27,033 nt of DNA from a virus (Duplodnaviria > Caudoviricetes), in IMG/VR virus record IMGVR_UViG_3300037045_000076, positions 1 through 27,033 of that record, one strand, 5' to 3'. Shown piece by piece: positions 1 through 7,950 of the stretch. A program made the translations under genes and the position numbers. Each line of letters starts with the position of its first letter. Position 1 is the stretch's first letter. The notes beneath the pieces were generated by a model. It was not told where the DNA came from and ran no database searches. It saw nothing but the letters and a program-made list of their open reading frames with translations.

Positions 1-148
1 CAGGGAAAACTGCGCGGGGTGGTGGAATGATAGGACCTTCTCCGCGATTGAACCAACTCTATACCAGCGACTCTCCATGTTGCCCCCGTCTCCCCCTTAA
101 TCAGGGAGCTGACCAATCGTCCTATTGGATGTGTACCGGGAGGCTATT

Positions 149-961
149 TTGATCACTATCAGACTCAAAGGTGTGGAGGCTACCCTTAAAAACCTGGAGA
201 AGATCCGTGCCGATCAAATACCTTTCGCTACTGCCAAGGCCTTGACCGATACGGCAAAGCTGGTGCGCGATAGAACAGTCGCAACGATGAAAGGGGTTTT
301 CGATAAGCCAACTCCTTTTACTCTTAACGCCTTTCAGATTCGGCCTGCCACGAAATCTAACCTTACAGCCAAGGTGGAATTTAAGTATGAACGCCTCGGG
401 TATATGCGCACCCAGGTTGAAGGCGGTTTCCGTGGTCGAAAGAGATCAGAGTCGGCTCTGCAGAAAACCGGGATGATGCAAGCGGGGCAATCATGGGTAC
501 CAGGTAAGGGCGCTCGCCTTAACCAACACGGGAACATAAGCGGTGGTCAGATCACCCAGTTACTGTCTGTGCTGCGATCTGCTGAGATGACATCCGGGTA
601 TAGTGCGAACGTGACGGCGCGATCGGCAAAGAAGAACCGCAAGTCTCGTGATTATTTTGTTGTGACAAAGAAGCGCGGCGGGCTGGTACCTGGGGTTTAC
701 GAGCGAGTGCAGTCGGGGGCCGGCTTTGGAGCAAAGACGAAGAAGAGCCTACCATTCGGAACCTACCAGAAAGGTAAGACCAAGGGAAAGATATCCTCGG
801 TTATCCGTGCCAGAGGTGTGAAGCCTGTAATGATCTTCGTTGACAAGGCAGGCTACCAGAAGCGGTTACCTTTCTACGAACTGAGCCAGAAGGTTATCGA
901 TCGCAACTTCGGCAGGATTTTCCGGGAAGCTGCCGCCTATGCACTTAAAACGGCACGATGA
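149..961 (+). CDS. Basic phage morphogenesis protein, probably lambda gpZ / HK97 gp10-like tail-completion family
   Basis: Long K/R-rich ORF. QIPFATAKALTDTA and FDKPTPFTLNAF resemble a widespread phage family often found near cos/terS. The start is moved to TTG149 because GGAGG lies at 139-143. Confidence 0.55.
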   Translation: MITIRLKGVEATLKNLEKIRADQIPFATAKALTDTAKLVRDRTVATMKGVFDKPTPFTLNAFQIRPATKSNLTAKVEFKYERLGYMRTQVEGGFRGRKRSESALQKTGMMQAGQSWVPGKGARLNQHGNISGGQITQLLSVLRSAEMTSGYSANVTARSAKKNRKSRDYFVVTKKRGGLVPGVYERVQSGAGFGAKTKKSLPFGTYQKGKTKGKISSVIRARGVKPVMIFVDKAGYQKRLPFYELSQKVIDRNFGRIFREAAAYALKTAR

Positions 962-1023
962 CAAGGCCCGCTGGGATAAGTAATTCCCTTATCAGCTTGA
1001 ATATTCCAAGGAGAGGTAACAGG

Positions 1024-1224
1024 ATGACACTTCAAACAGTAGTGGCCCAAGGCAATGAGAATATTACGCTATATGAGCAGCTGAAGGACCGGCTCTATAT
1101 CGTGGGTGTAAAAGAGGGTGAGCGCTTTGATGCGGCACGAGTCAAGGCACTCTCAGGTGCCGATTCTATTCGGTTTCGCCCCGCTCCCGGGACAGCTGTG
1201 GGATCAAATAAACATGACCACTGA
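1024..1224 (+). CDS. Small hypothetical protein
   Basis: ATG1024 is preceded by AGGAGAGG; 66 aa with no recognisable motif. Confidence 0.45.
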   Translation: MTLQTVVAQGNENITLYEQLKDRLYIVGVKEGERFDAARVKALSGADSIRFRPAPGTAVGSNKHDH

Positions 1225-1419
1225 GTGTATTTACCCTGGACGGAGTAAAACGATTCGCCCCGCAGGGGCGCAATTAGAGTTTGTGGGGGTGAAGTCCCCC
1301 GGCCGCCCCTCCCCCCTCCCTTCCTTCAAAAGAAGGTCCTTTCCAATGGTCCTGACGGGGAATGGGGGGGTAATGGCAAGGTTGGCGAACATGAAGATCA
1401 TGAGAATTCAGGCCTCAAA

Positions 1420-1520
1420 CTCGCGGGTCCTTCCGGGCCCCCTGACCCTTGCGGGTAATTCGAGCCTCACTGTTTGTTTACGAATAAAGTTTTTTTGAAT
1501 TTTCCGTTTTTCATTTTATA
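1420..1520 (+). other. Candidate cos (packaging/cohesive end) site
   Basis: GGGTCCT at 1425-1431 is identical to lambda cosQ. About 20 nt later comes TTGCGGGTAATTCGAGCCTCAC (cosN-like position), followed by an AT-rich tract containing GAATTTTCCG. The phage encodes a lambda gpA-type terminase. Confidence 0.5.
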
Positions 1521-1552
1521 GAATATTGGGGAATTCCGGGAGGTTAGCGGCT

Positions 1553-1963
1553 GTGGTGGAAAAATCAAGAAACAAATTATTTACCTTGGCCGAGGCTGGG
1601 GAGTCGTTCGGCATGGACATGGTGAAATTCGAGGATTGTGCCAGATGGATCATTGCCAGACTTCACCCGAAAGGCGCTGCCTGTCCCCATTGCTCCACAG
1701 TCATATCCGGAGAATCCCGTCTGGAAAAATGGTACCTGTTCGAGCAGCTCCGCTGCCAGTCGTGCCACGTAAAATTCACCGCCGCGACCGGTACCCACCT
1801 CAACGGAAGCAAGCTCGAGATCAGGGAGATATACCTGGTCGCCGCCCTGTCTTCCCTGGGGGTCTCTCCCCTTAAAATAGCCTCCACATTACGCGTCCAC
1901 GTCGACACCGTTGCCAACTGGCAGTCCAAATTCCGCGCCCACCAGGAGCTTGCTGGTGTCTGA
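1553..1963 (+). CDS. IS1595-transposase-like Zn-ribbon + HTH protein, with no catalytic DDE domain
   Basis: EDCARWI..HPKGAACPHC..CQSCHVKFTAATGTHLNGSKL..GVSPLKIASTLRVHVDTVANW matches the N-terminal half of IS1595-family transposases. GGGAGG SD precedes GTG1553; the stop overlaps the helicase start. Confidence 0.7.
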   Translation: MVEKSRNKLFTLAEAGESFGMDMVKFEDCARWIIARLHPKGAACPHCSTVISGESRLEKWYLFEQLRCQSCHVKFTAATGTHLNGSKLEIREIYLVAALSSLGVSPLKIASTLRVHVDTVANWQSKFRAHQELAGV

Positions 1964-3584
1964 AACTCCCCCCTCCGACACTACGATTGACGTGCGTGCT
2001 CTTGTGGAAGAGCGCCGGCGCATTGAGGCTATCGCCTTGGCCGAGAAAGAAAAGTCCGACGCGCCGGAGATCACTCCACGAAAGATCAAGCAATGCCTCC
2101 AGTCCAACGAGCTCGGAGACGGAACCCTCTATGCAGCTCTACACCGTGGCAAATATCTCTACAGTAAAAACACCGCTCAATGGCTCGCCTGGCGTGGCCA
2201 CCACTGGGACCTCGATATAATGGACGAAGCCTTTGCCGCGGTTGAAGATGTCGCCCAGCATTACCTGGAAGCAGGACACTCGCTCAAGGACGAAATAGAG
2301 CAGCTGCAGAAAGACGATAAAACCGACGAATCAAAACGCCTCCGGGAGCTGCAAAAAGCCTACTACGGTCGCGTAAAAAAACTCCGCTCCGTCTCCGGAG
2401 TCGGCAACTGCCTCACCTATAGCCACCGGATCAAAGAGCCGATCGCCATCAAAGGGGACGAAATAGACACCAATCCCTGGCTCCTGGCCTTCACCAACGG
2501 CGTGCTCGACCTCCGCACCGGCAAACTGCGTGACGGTCGCCCGGAAGATTACCTACTCAAAGCCGTCCCGCACGAATGGAAAGGCATCGACTGCCCGGCG
2601 CCGAACTTCCTTGCGTACCTCCACTCTTCCCTCGATGGCCCGCCAGAGCTCAACGCAGATGCCCGCGAGGAATACAGCAAGCAGCTGGTCAGCTTTGTAC
2701 TGCGTGCCCTCGGCTACGGCATCACCGGCCTCACGACCGAGCACATGTTTCTGGTCTTCAACGGACCTGGCGGCCGCAACGGCAAAGGCATTCTGGTCGA
2801 AACCCTCCGCCATGTCTTTGGCCCACTGGCCGGACCGATACCCGCCGAAATGCTGCTCGACCAGGGACGTGCCAAGTCCAGCTCCGGGCCATCACCCGAC
2901 GTCATGGCACTCAAAGGCTTGCGCCTGGCCTTTGCCTCCGAAACCGACGAGGGCCGGCGCTTCTCACCCGGGCAGGTCAAATGGTATTCCGGCGGTGACA
3001 CCCTCACCGGCCGCTTGCCTCACGACAAGCGCAACACCTGTTTCGACCCGACGCACACGCTGATCCTGCTCACCAATAACCTGCCGCACGCCCCTGGGGA
3101 CGACTTTGCCTTCTGGGATCGGCTCAAGCTGGTGCCCTTTCTTTACAGCTTCGTCTCCAATCCGGATCCCGCCAAGCCGAACCAGAAGAAGCGGAACGCC
3201 GGTCTCCGGGAAAAACTCAAAGAAGAAGCCAGCGGCATAGCAGCACTGATCGTCCGTGGCTGTCTCGAGTGGCAGCGGGACGGGCTCAGTCCTCCCTCCA
3301 TAGTCACCAGCGCCACCGAGGAATATCGCATGGACGAGGACACCATCACCCAGTTTGTCGAAGAATGCTGCATCGTGACCAGCGGATCCGATGTTAAGGC
3401 AGCCGATATCTACAAAGCCTTCGCCGCCTGGTACCAGGAAAACATCAATGGTGATGAAAAAAGGACACCCAAGCAGAAGAAATTCGGGCAGATGCTAACC
3501 AAGCAGTTCAAGAAAGAGAAGATCGGAGGCGTCGTTAAATACTTCGGCCTCCAGCTCAATAGCGAGTCGCAGGAATCCTTCTAA
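1956..3584 (+). CDS. P4-alpha/D5-family SF3 helicase (D5_N + ATPase + C-terminal winged helix)
   Basis: LAFTNGVLDLRTG (D5_N), Walker A GPGGRNGKG, Walker B LAFASETD, motif C LLTNNLP, FWDRLKLVPF, C-terminal DIYKAFAAW. AGGAG at 1944-1948 supports GTG1956. Confidence 0.9.
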   Translation: MSETPPSDTTIDVRALVEERRRIEAIALAEKEKSDAPEITPRKIKQCLQSNELGDGTLYAALHRGKYLYSKNTAQWLAWRGHHWDLDIMDEAFAAVEDVAQHYLEAGHSLKDEIEQLQKDDKTDESKRLRELQKAYYGRVKKLRSVSGVGNCLTYSHRIKEPIAIKGDEIDTNPWLLAFTNGVLDLRTGKLRDGRPEDYLLKAVPHEWKGIDCPAPNFLAYLHSSLDGPPELNADAREEYSKQLVSFVLRALGYGITGLTTEHMFLVFNGPGGRNGKGILVETLRHVFGPLAGPIPAEMLLDQGRAKSSSGPSPDVMALKGLRLAFASETDEGRRFSPGQVKWYSGGDTLTGRLPHDKRNTCFDPTHTLILLTNNLPHAPGDDFAFWDRLKLVPFLYSFVSNPDPAKPNQKKRNAGLREKLKEEASGIAALIVRGCLEWQRDGLSPPSIVTSATEEYRMDEDTITQFVEECCIVTSGSDVKAADIYKAFAAWYQENINGDEKRTPKQKKFGQMLTKQFKKEKIGGVVKYFGLQLNSESQESF

Positions 3585-3651
3585 TCTGCAGGACGATCAT
3601 TGGCCGGGACCTACCGAATAAGGGGGCGGGCGGCCGCAAAGGAGAATCAGT

Positions 3652-3891
3652 ATGACATGGGAAGCGGTAATAAAAGACCAGACCGGCAAGCGGGGCATAG
3701 ATGGCGGAAGCATCTGCCCGGAATGCGCACACGGATCCTTTGTGTTAGACAAGGGCCCTTGCCACATCCCCAGGCTTGCCAGAGTGCTCGGCAACCTGAT
3801 CACCAGTATCGATAAAGGCTCGGATGGCCACACGGCTTCCGGAATGGTGGAGCTGCTCTGCTCCGGATTTGAACCGAAACCGGAGGACTAG
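3652..3891 (+). CDS. Small Cys-containing hypothetical protein
   Basis: AAGGAG SD; CPEC plus two further Cys and a C-terminal CSGFEP. Confidence 0.65.
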   Translation: MTWEAVIKDQTGKRGIDGGSICPECAHGSFVLDKGPCHIPRLARVLGNLITSIDKGSDGHTASGMVELLCSGFEPKPED

Positions 3892-4175
3892 GACCTTTGA
3901 GACCATAGCAAGACCGTGAAAAATCGTCAGTCCTGCTTCTAACTTATTGAAAGTAAAAGCACAAAAACCAGTAGCAGGACTTTAGGACCGAAATGTTTCA
4001 AACTTTAATTTCTATTTTACGGCGGAGCTTACACTTTTATCAGGAAATAATTCCTTACATCTCCGTCCTATAGTCCTAGTTCGCATGGAAAAAAGAATAA
4101 TATAAAGGCTTTAATAGATAAGACAGACGAATTTTCGTCTGTCCTGATCACTCCTGATAGACGTGAAAGGTCCTG
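3884..4175. promoter_or_regulatory. Putative replication origin with AGGAC/GTCCT iteron-like repeats
   Basis: AGGAC at 3884, 3890, 3976, 3984 and GTCCT at 3930, 4065, 4073, 4141, 4170. The paired units AGGACtttAGGAC and GTCCTataGTCCT are inverted around an AT-rich core. A perfect 10-bp inverted repeat spans 4122-4143. The region lies between helicase and primase. Confidence 0.6.
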
Positions 4176-4185
4176 GTAGGGAACT

Positions 4186-5658
4186 ATGACACTCCTCGAA
4201 TTAGCACAAAGCAAAGTACCGATGCGGAAAGTGACCGCCAACGAATGGCACGGGCCCTGTCCGTCGTGCGGAACAAAGCACAGCAACCCGGCTTTTTCCG
4301 ACCGTTTCAGCGTAAAAATCAAAGCGGACGGAGAAGACCGCTGGTATTGCCGGGACTGCGGTAATGGCGACGCTATCGCCTTTCTCATGCAGTTTGAGGG
4401 CCTTTCCTTTCCCGCGGCCTGCAAGACCCTGGGAAAACCGCTTCCCGAAAACGAAGAATACCAGGCCCCACACTTCCGGTCGCCTGCCGCCGAAACCTTC
4501 CAGCCGCGCACGGTAGCGGCACCCGCCGACCTCTGGCGCGAACATGCCGAAAAGTTCCTCGCTTGGACAAACCAGCAACTGATCGACCTGGGCGAAGGCC
4601 CCGGCACTCCCCTTCACTACCTGGCCGGGCGAGGCATCAACAAAGAAACCGCCATCGCGCAGCGCCTCGGCTGGAACCCAGGCGAAAAAGGCAAAGACTG
4701 CTACCGGGCACGGGAAGCTTGGGGACTGGAAACCGTCATGAAAGGAGACAAAAAGAAAAAGCTCTGGCTGCCGATCGGCCTCGTCATACCCTTCCATGTC
4801 GGAGGCATACTCCGCCGCCTGCGGATCCGCATCCCCAAAGAGCGCCGCACCGCTGAATTCTCCACGCCCTACTACATCGTGCCCGGCTCGGCCATGGACA
4901 CCTTCGTTTGCGGCGAGAACGCCAAAGCATACGTCATCACCGAGGCAGAGCTCGACGCCATCCTGGTTGCGCAGGAGGCCGCAGGGCTGTCCGTCGGGAC
5001 CATGGCCATGGGGAACGACTCCGCCAAGCCCACCGACGCAGCACACGCCATGCTGGCCGCCTCCCTACACATTTCCAACGCCCTCGACTATGACTTTTGC
5101 CAAGGCAGTGCCAGCAACCCGGGCGGAGTCGCCTGGCTCTGGTGGAAAAAACACTTCCCCCAGGCAGAGCGCTGGCCGGTACCGGCCGGCAAGGATCCGG
5201 GAGATTCATATCAAGCCGGAATAAACATTCGCGAATGGGTGATCGCCGGGCTGCCGCCGGTCCTTACCCTGCCACCCAAGGAGGAGACTGTTGTTAATTT
5301 ACCCAAGAGTGTCAGCGTCGACAGTGGTGTGGATACCCCTAACAATAACGGACTACCCGTTAACGAGTGTGTGGATAAGAACCCGGAAGAGGACCCGATT
5401 CAAGTCGATTATCTCCGAGGCAAAAGCGAGAACGGCCACATTTTTTTCATCACAGACAATGCGGAAAGCCGGTCGAAACTGGCGGAGAAATTCCCGGGCA
5501 AAGCCATATTCACCCATGCCGAGATCGAGCTGCTTAAAGACTGCAGCGCCGAACAGGCTGAAAAATACATCATCATCAAGGAAACCCGAGGAGTTGCCGC
5601 CGCAATCTTCACCACCGCGCAGCTCGCGCAGGCCGAAAAGGTTTCCGCGGCGCCGTAG
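4186..5658 (+). CDS. DnaG-type primase (Zn-binding domain + TOPRIM)
   Basis: HGPCPSC..DRF..WYCRDCGNGDAIAFLM Zn domain; YLAGRGI; TOPRIM ITEAELDAI and ALDYD; GKDPGD. Confidence 0.85.
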   Translation: MTLLELAQSKVPMRKVTANEWHGPCPSCGTKHSNPAFSDRFSVKIKADGEDRWYCRDCGNGDAIAFLMQFEGLSFPAACKTLGKPLPENEEYQAPHFRSPAAETFQPRTVAAPADLWREHAEKFLAWTNQQLIDLGEGPGTPLHYLAGRGINKETAIAQRLGWNPGEKGKDCYRAREAWGLETVMKGDKKKKLWLPIGLVIPFHVGGILRRLRIRIPKERRTAEFSTPYYIVPGSAMDTFVCGENAKAYVITEAELDAILVAQEAAGLSVGTMAMGNDSAKPTDAAHAMLAASLHISNALDYDFCQGSASNPGGVAWLWWKKHFPQAERWPVPAGKDPGDSYQAGINIREWVIAGLPPVLTLPPKEETVVNLPKSVSVDSGVDTPNNNGLPVNECVDKNPEEDPIQVDYLRGKSENGHIFFITDNAESRSKLAEKFPGKAIFTHAEIELLKDCSAEQAEKYIIIKETRGVAAAIFTTAQLAQAEKVSAAP

Positions 5659-5693
5659 CCGGGTACCGGAAATAGATCCAGGAGAAACAGACC

Positions 5694-6827
5694 ATGAAAT
5701 TCACGATAAATCAAAAACTCTTCTGCGCCGCACTCTCCCGCGTCCAGGGCATCACCGGCAGCAGGCTCACCATGCCGATCCTGGCCAACGTGCTGCTCAG
5801 CACCTCGGCACCCCTGCCCTTACTCCACATCAGCGTCAGTGACCTGGAAGTCGGCTACACCACCGTCATCGACTGCAATGACATCGAAACACCCGGCAGC
5901 ATCACCGTGCCGGCTAAAAAAATCTATGAAGTCGTCAAAGGAGCACCCACCGGAGAAATAAGCTTCTCGCTCGATCCCGCAAACAACCGGGTCACCATCG
6001 AAGCCGGAACATTCGTAACCACCCTGGCAGGTTTGCCCGCAGACGAATTTCCCGAAGTGAACAGGGTTGACGGGGAAGATCTCGAGCTCGATGCCGCCGC
6101 CCTCCTGCGCCTGATCGGCCACGTCGACTATGCCCAGTGTGCTGCCCCGGAAAAATACAACATCTGCGGAGTATTCCTGCAGATCAAAGACGATGACGAA
6201 GGGTGCAGCCGCCTCTACGCCGCCGCCACCGACGGCCACCGCCTGGCAGCCGACAGCGTGCCCCTGCCCGGAGATCCGCGTGTCATCCCGGCCGATCTCG
6301 CCAAAGGAATCATCATCCCCCGCAAGGGCATCGCCGAACTGAAAAAAATATCGCCCGAAGGCGTGTTGATCCTGCAGATCCTTGGTAACAACCTGTCCAT
6401 CTCAACGGAAAACGAGACCTTCACCCTGCGTCTGGTCGACGGACAGTTTCCCGACATCCAGCGGATAATCCCGACAAAGATACTCGGCAGCGCCCATTTC
6501 AACCGGCAACCGCTGATCGATGCCCTCGACAGGGTGTCCCTGCTCAGTGAAGGCAAATCCCACGCGGTAACCCTCTCGTTTGACGACGGACATATCCAGC
6601 TCGATTCCCAGAATCCGGAGCTCGGAGAAGCGCATGACCGGGTTGCCGCCGCCCTCGAAGGTGAGCTGTCCTATCGCAAACTCAATGCCGCCTACCTGGT
6701 TCAGGCGCTCTCCGTCTGGGATTGCGGTGTAGTGCAGATCAACCTGGCCGGTGATCTCGACCCGATACTGGTAACGCCCTACGGCGAAACGGAGCCACTT
6801 GCCGTCATCATGCCGTTGCGAGGATAG
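5694..6827 (+). CDS. dnaN: DNA polymerase III beta sliding clamp (phage-encoded copy)
   Basis: MKFTI..MPILANVLL, SDLEVG, PGSITVPAKK, DEFP, AATDGHRLA, IIPRKG, RLVDGQFPD..RIIP, LNAAYL, C-terminal VIMPLR; 377 aa. Confidence 0.95.
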   Translation: MKFTINQKLFCAALSRVQGITGSRLTMPILANVLLSTSAPLPLLHISVSDLEVGYTTVIDCNDIETPGSITVPAKKIYEVVKGAPTGEISFSLDPANNRVTIEAGTFVTTLAGLPADEFPEVNRVDGEDLELDAAALLRLIGHVDYAQCAAPEKYNICGVFLQIKDDDEGCSRLYAAATDGHRLAADSVPLPGDPRVIPADLAKGIIIPRKGIAELKKISPEGVLILQILGNNLSISTENETFTLRLVDGQFPDIQRIIPTKILGSAHFNRQPLIDALDRVSLLSEGKSHAVTLSFDDGHIQLDSQNPELGEAHDRVAAALEGELSYRKLNAAYLVQALSVWDCGVVQINLAGDLDPILVTPYGETEPLAVIMPLRG

Positions 6828-6838
6828 GAAGGAAACCC

Positions 6839-7102
6839 ATGCCATTCACCGACGTTCCGAAAAACCTGGAGATACTTGCCGAAGAGTGCGCCGAAGTCAT
6901 TCAGATCAAATCGAAAATCATTCGATTCGGCATCGATGACTATCACCCCAAGAACGGAGCACCCAACCGGCAGGCCCTTGAAACAGAATGCGGCCATGTC
7001 CTGGCTATGATCGAAATCCTGGTAAAGAACGGGCTGCTTACTCAGAAAGGGATCGATGAGGCCAAAGAGCTGAAAAAAATAAAAATGAGGGCATGGTACT
7101 GA
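6839..7102 (+). CDS. MazG-like NTP pyrophosphohydrolase-family protein
   Basis: LAEECAEVIQ...LETECGHVLAMI fits the EExxE..ExGD pattern, with the last Asp replaced by His. Confidence 0.65.
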   Translation: MPFTDVPKNLEILAEECAEVIQIKSKIIRFGIDDYHPKNGAPNRQALETECGHVLAMIEILVKNGLLTQKGIDEAKELKKIKMRAWY

Positions 7103-7103
7103 G

Positions 7104-7796
7104 ATGAGCGACATCACCACCGAAGAACAGATCCTCATCGACGCAGTCGACAAAACCGGGCAGGCCTACCAGGAAAGCCCCACCGTCGTCAACCTCCGTG
7201 AATGGAACGCAGCCAAAGCCGCCCTGGAAAAATACCGGAAAGCCCTGACAGAAACAACCGAAGGCCAGCGCTTTCGCAGTATCGCCGAGGTTGCCCGCTT
7301 CCTTATCCGGCAGGGCTACAAAGTCCAGGAGCGCACCCTCCGCAACCACCACAAGTCAGGCCTCTTCCCTGTTCATGTCGGCGGAGAATTCCGGCAGCAG
7401 GATATCGAAGCCTATGCGGAAAAAAACCTCAAGCGGCCCGGCTACGAAGGTCAGGGCACCGGCGGCACCCCGACCGCCAAAGACCGACTGGCCGAAGCAA
7501 TGGCCGACGGCAAAGAACTCGACAACAAGAAAAAACGCGGAGAGCTGATCGACGCCGCCGAAGAAGAAGCACGCGATGCCAAACTCTGGCGGGCAGTGCG
7601 TGCCGACATTGAAAACTACGCCCCGGCCATCATCACCGAACTGGTGGAAAGGGTCCTCTCCTGCGACCCGCCCGAGGAGCTGCGCCACCGAATCACCACC
7701 CTGATCCCGGAGCTCCGCGTAACCTACGAAGACTTTATCGCCGAAATGTTCGACCGCTATGCCCGTGATGGTGGGGTGGCGGTTGAAACAGCATGA
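7104..7796 (+). CDS. Terminase small subunit (Nu1-like)
   Basis: HTH (SIAEVARFL..VQERTLRNH..GLFP) followed by the Nu1-like coiled coil KDRLAEAMADGKELDNKKKRGELID; upstream of terL. Confidence 0.7.
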   Translation: MSDITTEEQILIDAVDKTGQAYQESPTVVNLREWNAAKAALEKYRKALTETTEGQRFRSIAEVARFLIRQGYKVQERTLRNHHKSGLFPVHVGGEFRQQDIEAYAEKNLKRPGYEGQGTGGTPTAKDRLAEAMADGKELDNKKKRGELIDAAEEEARDAKLWRAVRADIENYAPAIITELVERVLSCDPPEELRHRITTLIPELRVTYEDFIAEMFDRYARDGGVAVETA

Positions 7797-7918
7797 AGCA
7801 TAAATGTCCCTACCGGTGCCCGGTCTCCAGTTGGCGATACTGCTGCTGGCATTGTAAGGAAGTAGATGATTGTGAAAACAGGTGTCGGAGCTGTTTGACG
7901 GGTAGGTGCTGGAAGTAA
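7793..7918 (+). CDS. 41-aa Cys-rich microprotein (not in ORF track)
   Basis: MKHKCPYRCPVSSWRYCCWHCKEVDDCENRCRSCLTGRCWK. It has an ATGA overlap with the terS stop and 9 Cys. Confidence 0.6.
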   Translation: MKHKCPYRCPVSSWRYCCWHCKEVDDCENRCRSCLTGRCWK

Positions 7919-7950
7919 CTGCACGTTGTTAGCGTGAGAAGGGGATAACA

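Noticed and set aside
1-78. Minus-strand ORF starting at 78 with a purine-rich upstream tract, running off the window
   Set aside because: Only 26 codons are visible, and it conflicts with an apparent plus-strand ORF ending at 30. It cannot be supported.
1118-1498. 126-aa plus-strand ORF
   Set aside because: It crosses homopolymer G/C runs and the cos-like site and overlaps a better-supported ORF; probably non-coding.
1526-1963. Intact IS1595 insertion sequence
   Set aside because: No DDE domain, terminal inverted repeats or target duplication are visible.
5694-6827. Chromosomal oriC-region dnaN
   Set aside because: No dnaA, recF or gyrB; the gene is embedded among phage genes.
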